NCBI RefSeq assembly: GCF_006345805.1
Contig: NC_042997.1
Span: forward strand, 94,426,001 to 94,490,000
Direction of reading: 5' to 3'
DNA from: Octopus sinensis
Taxonomy: Eukaryota
DNA: 64,000 bases
Positions 1 to 10,319 of this stretch are shown here, piece by piece. Below the pieces are notes generated by a model. That model searched no databases. It was not told the origin of the DNA and saw only the letters and a list, made by a program, of their open reading frames with translations. The translations under genes and the position numbers were made by a program. Position 1 is the stretch's first letter. Each line of letters starts with the position of its first letter.

Positions 1-611
1 CTTCAACTTAAGTACCTAATTCAACTGAAACTCAATTCTATATATATATATATATATATTATATGTTATTTATTATTTAATTGAACGCGACGCATCCATT
101 TCCGAGTAAGATTATAAGCACACACACATATGTATATATGCATATATATTCATATAAACGTACACACACGTACACACACACACATATATATATATATACA
201 TAAAGATAAACACACACACTCCAATAAATATGCATACACGCACGCACACACATGAATGCAACTACTTCCACACACAACACACATGCACGTTCATACATAC
301 ATACACACATATATACACTCAGATACATACGCTTCCCCACTCACACGCTCATGCACATACACATTCAGTTACTACCACACACAAAGACGCTGCCATACAC
401 ACACACCGTATCACACACACACACACACTCATGTCACCACGATACGCCCCCCCACACACACAGATACCAATCATTCTTCACACTCTCCTGTCCCAGAAAT
501 AACTTTCTCTTTGTTCATCTATTTTTGGTCATTTCAAAAATGTAACTACACGTGAACTGTTGGCGATTTTTTTTCGTCTTCATTTTCTTTTGGACTTTCC
601 TAAGTCTTCTA

Positions 612-643
612 TTTCCGAAGAAAGCTTAGCTCCAGACGTAAAA
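612..643 (+). ncRNA. Degenerate hammerhead-like motif (H1-related)
   Basis: TTT-CCGAAGA-A-AGC(TTA)GCTC-CAGAC-GTA-AAA. The downstream CTGAGCG..AATACA segment resembles the sequence following 8927. Confidence 0.35.
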
Positions 644-1025
644 CAACCACTCCTTTTCTTTTCTGAGCGTCTCATGAATACATTGCATGTCCTCGCGTTG
701 TTGTTTTTTTCTTTTCATGTTGCCGTTATCCTCCATTTCTTAATTAACTATACACATACATACATACATAATACATACATACATACATACATACATACAT
801 ACATACATACATACATACACGCACACATATTTATATATATAAAATCCAACAAAAAAGTAGTCCATCTGGTGAGAGATAATTATATTATTTATTGAAAGGT
901 CACAGTACATGTATTAGCGCTTTAATACTTGTATTGTGACCTTTAAATAATTTATATATATATAATATAATATATAATACGTTATATATATAATATATAA
1001 TATATCATGTATATATATATATGTA

Positions 1026-1065
<40 letters not shown>

Positions 1066-1098
1066 GATATATTATATATTATATATATATATAAATAA

Positions 1099-2056
1099 AT
1101 AAATAAAATATATGCATACATACATACATATATGTACGTACCTACATCTATATGTATATATACATGCATATATAAATATATATATGTGAATACAGGATAC
1201 CACAAATAGACGTAGAACTCAACGAGAAACGAAAACGTAAGAACAAACATGGAAACGGACTTTTTTTAACAACAAAAAAACAGAGTACAAGACAAACAAT
1301 ACAAGAAAAATTCCCCCTCATCAGCTGTCCCTAGTTCGACTCCATGCGTGTTTCGAAGAAAGGACAGACCACGACTCCGAAATAGTCCTTCCTGCGAAAG
1401 AATTAAATAAAATTCCTTTGCAGAGGGGTAAAAACAAGGAAAGAAAAAAATGTGACAAAAACAGGACGTAAAAACAATACAAATAAAAAAACAAATACAA
1501 AATAAAAATACAAAAACAAAAAATACAGTACAAGTAAAGAATAAAAACAGGACAAGGAAACAAACATTGAGGGCCTTTTTTAGCCTAGACGATGGAAAAA
1601 TTCAACAGCGCAGGAAAAATGCATGTTCACTTGTAGGAGGCCGTCAGCGAAAGGAAGTGGTCGACACGGCTGTGTGAGAGATGAGGAGGAGTGAGAGAAA
1701 GAGAGAGATAGGAAACCAGAAAGGGTGAAAAATAAGAAGGAGAGAGACAGGCAAAGAGGAAGACAGACAGGAAGGAAGGGAAGGTCAAGCAAAGGGTTAC
1801 AGAGTTTCGCGTCATAATTATATATAAAAACTTACTTGGAGAACAGAAAAGAAACGAAACGACGCGAGGGCGCTCAGTCATGCAATAAATTAATAAATAA
1901 AATATATGCATACATACATACATATATGTACGTACCTACATCTACATGTATATATACATGCATATATAAATATATATATGTGAATACAGGATACCACAAA
2001 TAGATGTAGAACTCAACGAGAAACGAAAACGTAAAAACAAACATGGAAACGGACTT
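1099..2056 (-). mobile_element. Non-autonomous repeat with 164-bp terminal direct repeats (pseudo-LTR-like)
   Basis: 1099-1262 and 1893-2056 are direct repeats with 3 mismatches by eye. The internal part shares motifs (CGTCTAGGCT, CAGCTGATG, TCCTGTA..CATATATGCATG) with the repeat at about 4920-5350. Confidence 0.55.
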
Positions 2057-2094
2057 ATATATATATATGTATGTATATATATATCATGGTTAAC

Positions 2095-2257
2095 ACGGAA
2101 GACGGAATGTAGCTAGAAGTTCTGTTTAGCACAACAATCGTTTCGGCTTTCTTCTGCACTGCTCCCTAGTTGGTGTGGACGATGTAATGACAGTGTAGAA
2201 GGAAACCGAAACGATTGTTGTGCTAAATAAAGCTTCTAGTTACACCACGCCTTCCGT
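2095..2257. repeat. Fold-back inverted repeat (67-bp arms, 29-nt loop)
   Basis: 2095-2161 versus the reverse complement of 2191-2257: 56/67 identical, and 10 of the 11 differences are transitions. Confidence 0.9.
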
Positions 2258-3385
2258 ATCAATCATTTAAAATGTACCGAACCTGACCAAGGAATTTAGA
2301 ATATGTTGTTATGAACTATATATGTAGTAAATATAGTATTACTAATATCTACTAATTCAAGTGATAATTTAGGCACCAATAAATGTAGATAACTTATTTT
2401 GGGAAATACCTTAGGAAAATTATATTTTATATATATATGTATAATCCTTAATTATAAAATAATGCAACTACCATATATTAGTATATGTCTTCAAAATTAT
2501 TTGTTGACGCATTAGCCTTCATTCACCACTTATAAATTGATGTAGTCAGTATTATTTACTGTAATCATATGCACTTTGATCTCGGGAGGTATTGGTTTTA
2601 AACAGGAAATGATTGATGTATACATTGCAACACCATTTAACAGTGGTCGAAATGAATTGCACTAATGTAACTATCAAATATCGCCAACCGATAAAAATTC
2701 CTTAAAAAAGAAAATAGGATGCTAATTAATTGCAATCATAAAATATTGAAATCTGTACTTAGGTACAGAACTGAGATCTATAAAGGACCTGAAAATGAAA
2801 CTGCCTTAGGAAATAGGTTGTAACTAATTTTCTATTATTAAGTAAAAGTCTACGAAAATATATTTTCTCAGGAATTCGGAATTTAAATGTAATTTTAAAA
2901 GGAAAGTAAGTGCGTTTATTATAGCAAATATGCAGCTTTAATAAATTGCTCTTAAGTTATGTCAGATAATCAAGCTATCATATAAAAAATATCTGCATAT
3001 ATAGAAGATAGAGATGTAAGGGGAGAATATATAGTTAAATCGCTATGTCAGCAGTCTTAGATGTAGTATGTATACGAAGGAGAAAGTAAAGAAGATCAAC
3101 TGGAAGTAACTGAGGGAAAGGCAAATCATACAATGAGGAAGTAGAGGATGAAGAAGGTACAGAAAAAGGAAAACACAAAGAAACCTAACGAGGATGTACC
3201 ACAACACCAGCTTAGAGATCTAAATATTTGTGGGGGAGGTAGATGAGATATAGTAAAACAATTGGTGAATTAGCACGCACATACAGAAAATTCAAACAAG
3301 AGATACGACCGTAGACCTTAATACGCAGATGCTAATTAACATTAAGATAACAAATCAACTTACGCCTCTTAACCCCCCCCCCACC

Positions 3386-3419
<34 letters not shown>

Positions 3420-4368
3420 AAATTTAAGCGAAGATGATGTTGCAAATGATTAATTAGAGTAGGTTTAATTGAAGAATCAGCAAAACTACCAAGTGGGGTT
3501 GAAACGAACATGCAGCTAGATAAAACAGTAAAAATATGGTAATTTCGAATGCTATGTAAATATGAAAAAGTAATAAGCTAATCGTTGTAGTAATATGGTA
3601 ATTAATGTATGAAAAACACAATTAAAGGATAGTATATAAAAATATGGTTCAATAAATGTAATGAATTCAGTCGCATTAAAATAGATTCCTTATGAGAGGG
3701 AAATGTATTGAATAACATTCTCTGTAGGAATACGTAAAATATACGTCAAAGTTAGTGGATCGATTTCTTGTGGTGATGGGGTTGGGTATTCATATACAGG
3801 GTCCCCCAAATCTCTATATTTAACAAATTCGATTATATAAAATACTGGTTTTAGCAAACAGAATTTCTAAACTTTAACTTGAGTAAAAATTACAACGTAC
3901 CTTACCAACCTCAATATAAATTTTGAAGATGTTATTTTTTCCCTTCAATTTAGGATATTAAATACTTGAATATTGTTTGAAAAGGTGTAAAAAGGGACTT
4001 CTGTATATGTATATATACACATATATAGAATGATAAAATGTATGTGCTCTACATTAGCATATACTCGCCATCAAATCGACGTTGCCTGTACAGGTGCACT
4101 GTGTATCAAACGTCAAAGCAATGTGAAATGAAGGCTTTTACAAATCACAAAACGCTGCCCGATCTAATGATGGAAACCACGATCTTAGAATGGTGAGTGC
4201 AACACCCAAACCTCTCGACCACTACCCTTGACTATATACACTTGTATTTTTACCGATGGAATACCAGAGTAAGTACATAAATGTGAAACAAGGTGGAAAA
4301 TATACTACTCGACTACCGGAAGTAGAGTAATATACTTTATTATTAAAGCTGCAAAGGCATCACAAAAT

Positions 4369-4406
4369 CTGTCTCTCAGAGTTTCACATTCTCGTTCATC
4401 GGACAG
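4369..4406 (-). ncRNA. Hammerhead-like motif (group H2), cleavage triplet mutated
   Basis: Minus strand: CTGT-CCGATGA-AC(GAGAAT)GT-GAAAC-TCTGA-GAG-ACAG. Stem I is CTGT/ACAG. Confidence 0.5.
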
Positions 4407-4478
4407 TTTTGTTTCAGAATGGTGTAAAATGGAACCTATGTAGATATGTGTATATACACATATACTGAATGTTGAAAT

Positions 4479-4540
4479 AAAGGCGGTGCTCCAGCATGGC
4501 CGCAGTCAAATGACTGAAACAAGTAAAACAATAAAGAGTA
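4479..4540 (+). mobile_element. SINE 3' tail fragment
   Basis: AAAGGCGGTGCTCCAGCATGGCCGCAGTCAAATGACTGAAACAAG matches the tail at 9480-9523. Confidence 0.85.
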
Positions 4541-4655
4541 CACATTAGCACAAACCCTCCATCCAATCGTCATTGCCTGTAGGGGTGCACGGCGTATCGC
4601 ACGTCAAAGCAATGCTGCTTTAAAAATGCTCTATGCCATGTGTGTGTGTGTGTGC

Positions 4656-4736
<81 letters not shown>

Positions 4737-4793
4737 GCGTGTGTGTGTACGTACAAATGTATATATATATACATACATACATTCTCAACCAAT

Positions 4794-4832
4794 ACTGCCC
4801 GGCAAACGGAACGTGAAACTCCGAGTAACAGT
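4794..4832 (+). ncRNA. Hammerhead-like motif (group H2), core box mutated
   Basis: ACTGC-CCGGCAA-AC(GGAAC)GT-GAAAC-TCCGA-GTA-ACAGT. Same repeat as 4340-4430 in the opposite orientation. Confidence 0.45.
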
Positions 4833-4919
4833 TTTTGTGATGTCTTTGCAGTTTTATTAATGATATACATACATATATATATATAATATAAATGATACAT
4901 AGATATATATGCATATATA

Positions 4920-5350
4920 CACATATATATGTACATACATATATCTGTATATACATGCATATATGGGTACAGGACAGTACGGAACGTAACATAAAATAAA
5001 CATAAAATCCGAAAACAATATGAAATATTTTTCCCATCTTTTTTTGCGAACAACGAAAGAAACAAAGCATAAACAAGACAAGCAACACGACAAAACGAGC
5101 CTCCATCAGCTGTTGGCTGTTTTTCTACTTCATGTTTCGATCACTTCACAAGATACGTTTTTGACATAACAGTTGCTCCCGCAAAGCAAATTAAATAAAA
5201 TTTGGGATTTTGCGGAGGATCAAATTTGGTAGCAAAAACAAGATAGTGAAAACAGACAGGAAGGGCTGCTAAGCCTAGACGAGTTGAGTTGGTGAGCGCG
5301 GAAAACCAGGCGCTGACAGGAGACAGACAAAAATACATCCAATCCCCGTG
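4920..5350 (-). repeat. Interspersed repeat related to 1190-1600
   Basis: Shared order of motifs on the minus strand: CGTCTAGGCT ... CGAAACA ... CAGCTGATG ... TTGTCTTGT ... GTTGTT..AAAAAAAG ... TCCTGTA. Confidence 0.45.
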
Positions 5351-5607
5351 GCTAATCAGAGAGAAAGTAGGAAATTCAAGTTAGCAAAAGGACGATGACC
5401 GACCATCCCGTGCGAGCAACGAGAGAGCACAGGCGGAATGGTGAGGGAGAGAGAGGGGCAAACAGAGAACGGCGAAGGGGAGGGGAAAAGAAAGGATGAG
5501 AGAGGAAAACGAAAGGGAGAGAAGAGGAGATAAAGCGAATAGAGAGAGGAAGAAAGAGGGAACGAAAGGGGAAGGAAAAAATACAAAAAAGGGAGTGCTA
5601 TTATGTT

Positions 5608-5975
5608 AAAGTGTCGTATGTACAAATTTGACCAAATACGTTTTTTACAATATTTAATTTTGTTTGCAATAGACGGTTATTTTGGTCAAACTATCTATTT
5701 CCAGCTGGTTCAGATGCCAAGATCTGAAAACTGTCAAAAACTGTAGGACAACCGTGTAGCATTTTTCAAAAGTGTAGTAAGTTCCACATTCGACAGTTTT
5801 GCAAAAATATTTCTGACTGAAAATATCATACATGCATGGAGTTACGATTTTATGCACTCGACAAAGTATTATGGTTAAGTTGAAACTGTTGCTAATGTAA
5901 AAATAAATGGAATGGTGAAACTATTTTTTCGTTTTCTGAAAAAAAACAAAACAACGTTTGGACATACGATACTTT
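5608..5975. mobile_element. Possible MITE with ~19-bp imperfect terminal inverted repeats
   Basis: Left end TTAAAGTGTCGTATGTACAAA versus reverse complement of the right end AAAGTATCGTATGTCCAAA (2 mismatches). TTAA is present on the left only. Confidence 0.4.
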
Positions 5976-6565
5976 TGTATAATAGCAACGATATATGTAT
6001 TTATAGTGTGAGAGGAGGTGACTTCGCAGAAGATGGGAAAAGGTTCTAGGCATTGAGTTAAGCACCGCTAAGTTGACTGGATTGATTATATCGCATTGAA
6101 TTCTTAGTTCGATATCTGCGTCTCTTCCTACTATTAATATTGTTTGTAGCTGATTGGTGAGATGTAAGTTCTGTTTTATACGCGTAGGAAATCTGTCATT
6201 AAAATCATTCCTGGCAAGTGTTTCGTAATAGTACGGTGAGGTTACTTTCGAAATGAGCATGTTAGCAGAGAGCCTTGAGATTCTAAGCGAAATATTTTTG
6301 ATAAAATCATTAATCATAGTTTTGGCACGGTTAAAATAAAAATGATGATGATGATAAATTGAAGATGGTGAAGAACAATAATAAAAACTAAAGGTGAAAA
6401 CTGGAATTTTTAAACTACTAACTCCAAACCTACATGCCAGTTATTGATTGTTATTTATGGAATGGGCCCACAAAATTCTTAAAATACATAGGCAGTTATA
6501 TACACATATACATATATTCAAATATATTTGCGTATAAAATCGGAGTTAACCGACATCAATATATA

Positions 6566-7992
6566 TCTCTTCCCTCCCACATCCACGATACCAACCATGC
6601 TCTCCGGCTTTTCAACTCTTTCTCCTTTCCTCCCGGCTCCTCCAAAATCCTTTTTACTATGGACATCCAAAGCCTCTATACTGTTATCCCTCACCACGAA
6701 GGACTGCAGGCCCTTCGACACTTTCTTGACCTCCGCTCTAACCCTGTACCTGACACCTCCACACTCATTCGTCTGGCCGAACTTGTCCTTACTCTGAACT
6801 GCTTCTCGTTCGCGGGCGAGTTCTACCATCAGGTCTCGGGAGTGGCCATGGGAACGCGAATGGGCCCCAACTATGCGAACCTGTTCGTTGGCTATGTTGA
6901 GGCCCAAATATTCTCTAATTTCACTGGTCCCACTCCTGAACTATATGGTCGTTATATTGACGACATTATCGGTGCCACCTCACTCTCCCGCGAACATCTA
7001 GATTCCTTCCTCTCTTTCGTCCAATCTTTCCATCCAGCCCTCCACTTCACTTCCACTATCTCCAACACCTCTGTCTCCTTCCTCGACATTTCGGTTAGCA
7101 TTCTTCACTCCACTCTTACCACCTCCATTCACTACAAACACACAGACTCACACTCATACCTCAACTTCTCTTCCTCCCACCCAGAACACACCAAGCTTTC
7201 CATCCCCTATTCCCAATTCCTCCGTCTACGTAGGCTCTGTAGTGACGACCATGACTTTGAGACTCAGTCTCAACGTATGGCTCACCACTTCACCCTACGT
7301 GGATACCCCCTCACCACTATCCACACCACCGCCCTTGCCAGAGCACGGTCCGTGGACCGTGTATCTGCTCTCTCTCCCCGAACCCGCCCTGTAGTCTCCC
7401 GCCTCCCTTTTCCCCTCACTTACCACCCCATGACCCTACGTCTCCAACGCACCATTCTTCGAGCTTTCCGTCATCTCCAGTCCGACCCGTCCACTTCACA
7501 CCTCTTCCCTAACCGACCCCTCCCCTCTTTCAAACGAGCCCACAACCTTCGAGACCTTTTGGTCCATAGCTCCTTCCCCGACCCTACCTCCCAACCCGGC
7601 TCGTTCCCCTGCTCCCGCCCACGTTGCCGCACTTGCCCTTACCTCTCCAACACCACCCGCCTCACTAGCACCCACCATCGACCCTATCCCATCATCCACT
7701 CCTTCACCTGCACCTCCAGCAATATTATCTATTGCATCTCTTGCTCTCTCTGCAATCCTTGTACATCGGACAAACGGGACGCCGCTTGGCTGACCGGTTC
7801 GCGGAACACCTTCGTGACATCCACCTTGCGAACGACACACCGGTCTCACGCCATTTCCGCTCCACCGGTTACTCCTTGCAACACCTATCTGTGTTCGGTT
7901 TGTCCTTACACAGAGGCCATCCGGATTCCCGTTTGCGCCGTGAACAGGAATTAATCTTCTCTCTTCGCTCTTATACGCCATTTGGTCTCAAC
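6566..7992 (+). pseudogene. Penelope-like element (probably Neptune-type) RT + GIY-YIG endonuclease ORF, 5'-truncated, one frameshift near 7755
   Basis: ORF 6434..7954 contains PLE RT motifs FTMDIQSLYT, GVAMGTRMGPNYANLF and RYIDD (YIDD at 6953-6964), then SSHP..K.SIPYSQFLRLRRLCS and a Cys linker CSRPRCRTC. ORF 7732..8391 continues with LYIGQTGRRLADRFAEH...RREQELIF...GLN (GIY-YIG). Homology starts abruptly at about 6566 (SLPSHIHDT), so the listed ATG at 6434 lies in flanking host DNA. Confidence 0.95.
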
Positions 7993-8340
7993 TCTCCCCC
8001 CTCCTCATCTAACCCCCCTCTCCCCCCTCCTCACCTATCCTTTCTCCCCCCCGACCCCTACTTCTTCAGTCCTTCATCCTTTCACCCCTACTCCCCTTCC
8101 CTTCTTCCCTCTTTCCTCTCCCTCTTCCCCTCCCTCTGCTCCCTCTGCTCCCTCACTCCCTCTCTCCCCTTCTCTCTCTCCCCCTCTCCCCCTCTTCCTC
8201 CTCCCTCTTCCCTCTCCTCATCCCCTCACCTTCCTTCTCCCCCATCGTCCTCTTCCCCTTCCCTCCCCCTCTTCTCCCCCTCCCCCTCTTCTCCCCCCCC
8301 TTCTCCTCCCCCCCCTTCTCCCCCTCCCCCTCTTCTCCTC
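7993..8340. repeat. Polypyrimidine (C/T) low-complexity tract
   Basis: Almost purely C/T for about 350 bp, with many G-runs on the minus strand. Confidence 0.95.
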
Positions 8341-8389
8341 ACTACACCACATGACTTTACACATCACATCACATATGATGTGCCATACT

Positions 8390-8720
8390 AACACACACCA
8401 ACTAATACATACTAATACGTACTAATACATACTAGTACATACTAATACTTACACCAACCCTATACATACACACGTCCAGACCCCGCATACGCACTTATAC
8501 TCTCTCACACACACACACACACACCTATACATACCAATACGTACTAATACATACTAATACATACTAATACATACACCAACCCCATACATACGCACGTCCA
8601 GACCAATCTTACGCACTAATACTCTCTCATACACACACACACACACACCCTTATACATACTAATACATACACCAACCCTATACATACAACACACATCCAG
8701 ACCCCTCCCACGCACTTTTA
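8390..8720. repeat. Complex minisatellite (~3 units) downstream of the Penelope ORF
   Basis: ACTAATACATACACCAACCC.ATACATAC..AC..CCAGACC recurs at about 8440-8485, 8563-8605 and 8660-8705. Confidence 0.8.
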
Positions 8721-8889
8721 GCTGGTCCCTCAACCCTTTTATCAACCCTATTATCTCCCCTTATTTCGCTCTCGCGTCTCATGTTTGATCTTTGACCTCT
8801 GGCCGAAATCAGATCGCCATGTTGATTCGTTAGTTACTGCACGCATTTTTTTTCTCTCCTTCTTTCTGTGTTTTTTTTCTCTCTGTGTA

Positions 8890-8927
8890 TCTTTCTGTTG
8901 AAGAGCGTAGGCTCGAAACGTTAAAGA
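8890..8927 (+). ncRNA. Minimal type-I hammerhead ribozyme-like motif (group H1)
   Basis: TCTTT-CTGTTGA-A-GAGC(GTAG)GCTC-GAAAC-GTT-AAAGA. Stem I is TCTTT/AAAGA, stem II is GAGC/GCTC and stem III is palindromic (AACGTT). The core differs from CUGANGA only at A6->U. Confidence 0.65.
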
Positions 8928-9195
8928 CTTGTTTTATTTATATTTCCTGAGCGCCATACTAATACAATTGTTCGTTTGTTTTCCACCTGCCTTCGTCTTT
9001 TGTTTATTTTCATAAAGCTTCCCGTTATAATAATCAATATTTGAATTATAGAACTGAAATACTAATTTAGTAGGGTAGGTTCCTACAACACACATTTTCT
9101 TGCTTTAAAAAATCTCTCTGCCCTCTGAGTGTGTGTGTGTGTGTACGTGCGTGTATGTGTGCATATATATATGTATGTATATATGTATATATATT

Positions 9196-9540
9196 GCGTG
9201 GCACTTTGGGCAAGTGTCTTCTACTATAGCCTCGGGCCGACCAAAGCCTTGTGTGTGGATTTGGTAGACGGAAACTGAAAGAAGCCTGTTGTATATATGT
9301 ATATATATATATGTATGTATGTGTGTGTGTTTGCGTGTCTGTGTTCGTCTCCCTAGCATTGCTTGACAACCGATACTGGTGTGTTTACGTCCCCGTCACT
9401 TAGCGGTTCGGCAAAAGAGACCGATAGAATAAGTACTAGGCTTACAAAGAATAAGTCCCGGGGTCAATTTGCTCGACTAAAGGCGGTGCTCCAGCATGGC
9501 CGCAGTCAAATGACTGAAACAAGTGAAAGAGTAAAAGAGT
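9196..9540 (+). mobile_element. tRNA-derived SINE (octopus-type), 5'-truncated
   Basis: Body GGTAGACGGAAACTGAAAGAAGCC, internal microsatellite, and tail GGCGGTGCTCCAGCATGGCCGCAGTCAAATGACTGAAACAAG..AAAGAGTAAAAGAGT, shared with 62973-63386 and 63633-64000. Confidence 0.9.
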
Positions 9541-9544
9541 ATAT

Positions 9545-9810
9545 ATATATATATATGAAAAAAGTCAAGGTAGAAAATGTTAAAATAATTTTATCATAAG
9601 AAACATTCCAGTACCGGTTTTAGTCATTGAGACTTTTTCAAATGTAAGTATGGAAAACAATTAAATTTTGAAAATGTTAAAAGAAAAGATTTTAAAAAGA
9701 ATATTTGCATAGTATTCAAATACAAGGAACATTTTCCTTGTTTCTGCCTGTCTCTGTCTCTTGTTTACTCTTGTGGGTTCGAGGTCGTTGTGAATGCTAG
9801 TTGAGACAGG
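9545..9810 (-). repeat. Interspersed repeat, copy 1 (carries H3 motif)
   Basis: Collinear similarity with 17762-18010, e.g. TTTTCCTTGTTTCTGCCT..CTCTGTCTC and TACTCTTGTGGGTTC.AGGTCGTTGTGAAT. Confidence 0.8.
9609..9644 (-). ncRNA. Hammerhead-like motif (group H3)
   Basis: Minus strand: CAT-TTGAAAA-AGTC(TCAAT)GACT-AAAAC-CG-GTA-CTG. It has a 4-bp stem II and an ACCGGT palindromic stem III. Confidence 0.45.
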
Positions 9811-10282
9811 TGTAACGGGTCTGCCAGTATATGGCTTCTAAACGCTTTCTTCACAAAAGGTCTAAACAACAAATACAAAAGTCAACAAATCATCGAAGTT
9901 GGCGGTTCTGGGCTGACACTAAACTCACATAGAAAATCAGGAAAACATGCATCCCTTCCCACTATGAAGGGTGTGCCATGAGAACTGCTATACACTCTTC
10001 TCAACAAAAAAGGGAGAATATAGCGAATGCCACTTAGAACATTAACGACTAAAACCTAGTTACAAAAATCTAAAAGATTCCCCGCATGGTGCCAATGATC
10101 TATTTACAAATGAGGATGAAGACCAGATGAAAGTTGGTAATGAAAGAGGTAATTACACTTGCTGAAAAAAATATGGAAGAACTCTGCATGTATGCTTTTG
10201 CCGTGTAACCCCGCCCCAAGTCAGAAACGTATGCTTCAGAAAATATTTTTAGAATCCTGCAAAACAAATACAGAAACGATAG

Positions 10283-10319
<37 letters not shown>

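Larger units (their letters stand above)
6566..9030 (+). mobile_element. Penelope-like retroelement body plus probable 3' UTR (C/T-rich tail, minisatellite, hammerhead-like motif)
   Basis: C-rich composition continues from the ORF through 7990-8720. A hammerhead-like motif at 8890-8927 is followed by a T-rich terminus. The 3' boundary is approximate and linkage of the motif to this copy is inferred. Confidence 0.6.

Noticed and set aside
1305-1365. Type-II hammerhead (GAAAC..GTC..CTGATGA on the minus strand; similar order at about 5100-5145)
   Set aside because: Both core boxes are present in permuted order, but no stem I can form between the GTC triplet and CTGATGA in either copy. It is worth revisiting with a family consensus.
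6434-6565. N-terminus of the 506-aa ORF as the start of the Penelope protein
   Set aside because: This is AT-rich host flank fortuitously in frame. PLE homology starts at about 6566 and the RT N-terminal part is missing.
7496-7981. Antisense ORFs over the Penelope element (also 6518..6907)
   Set aside because: They are shadow frames caused by the C-rich codon usage of the sense strand.
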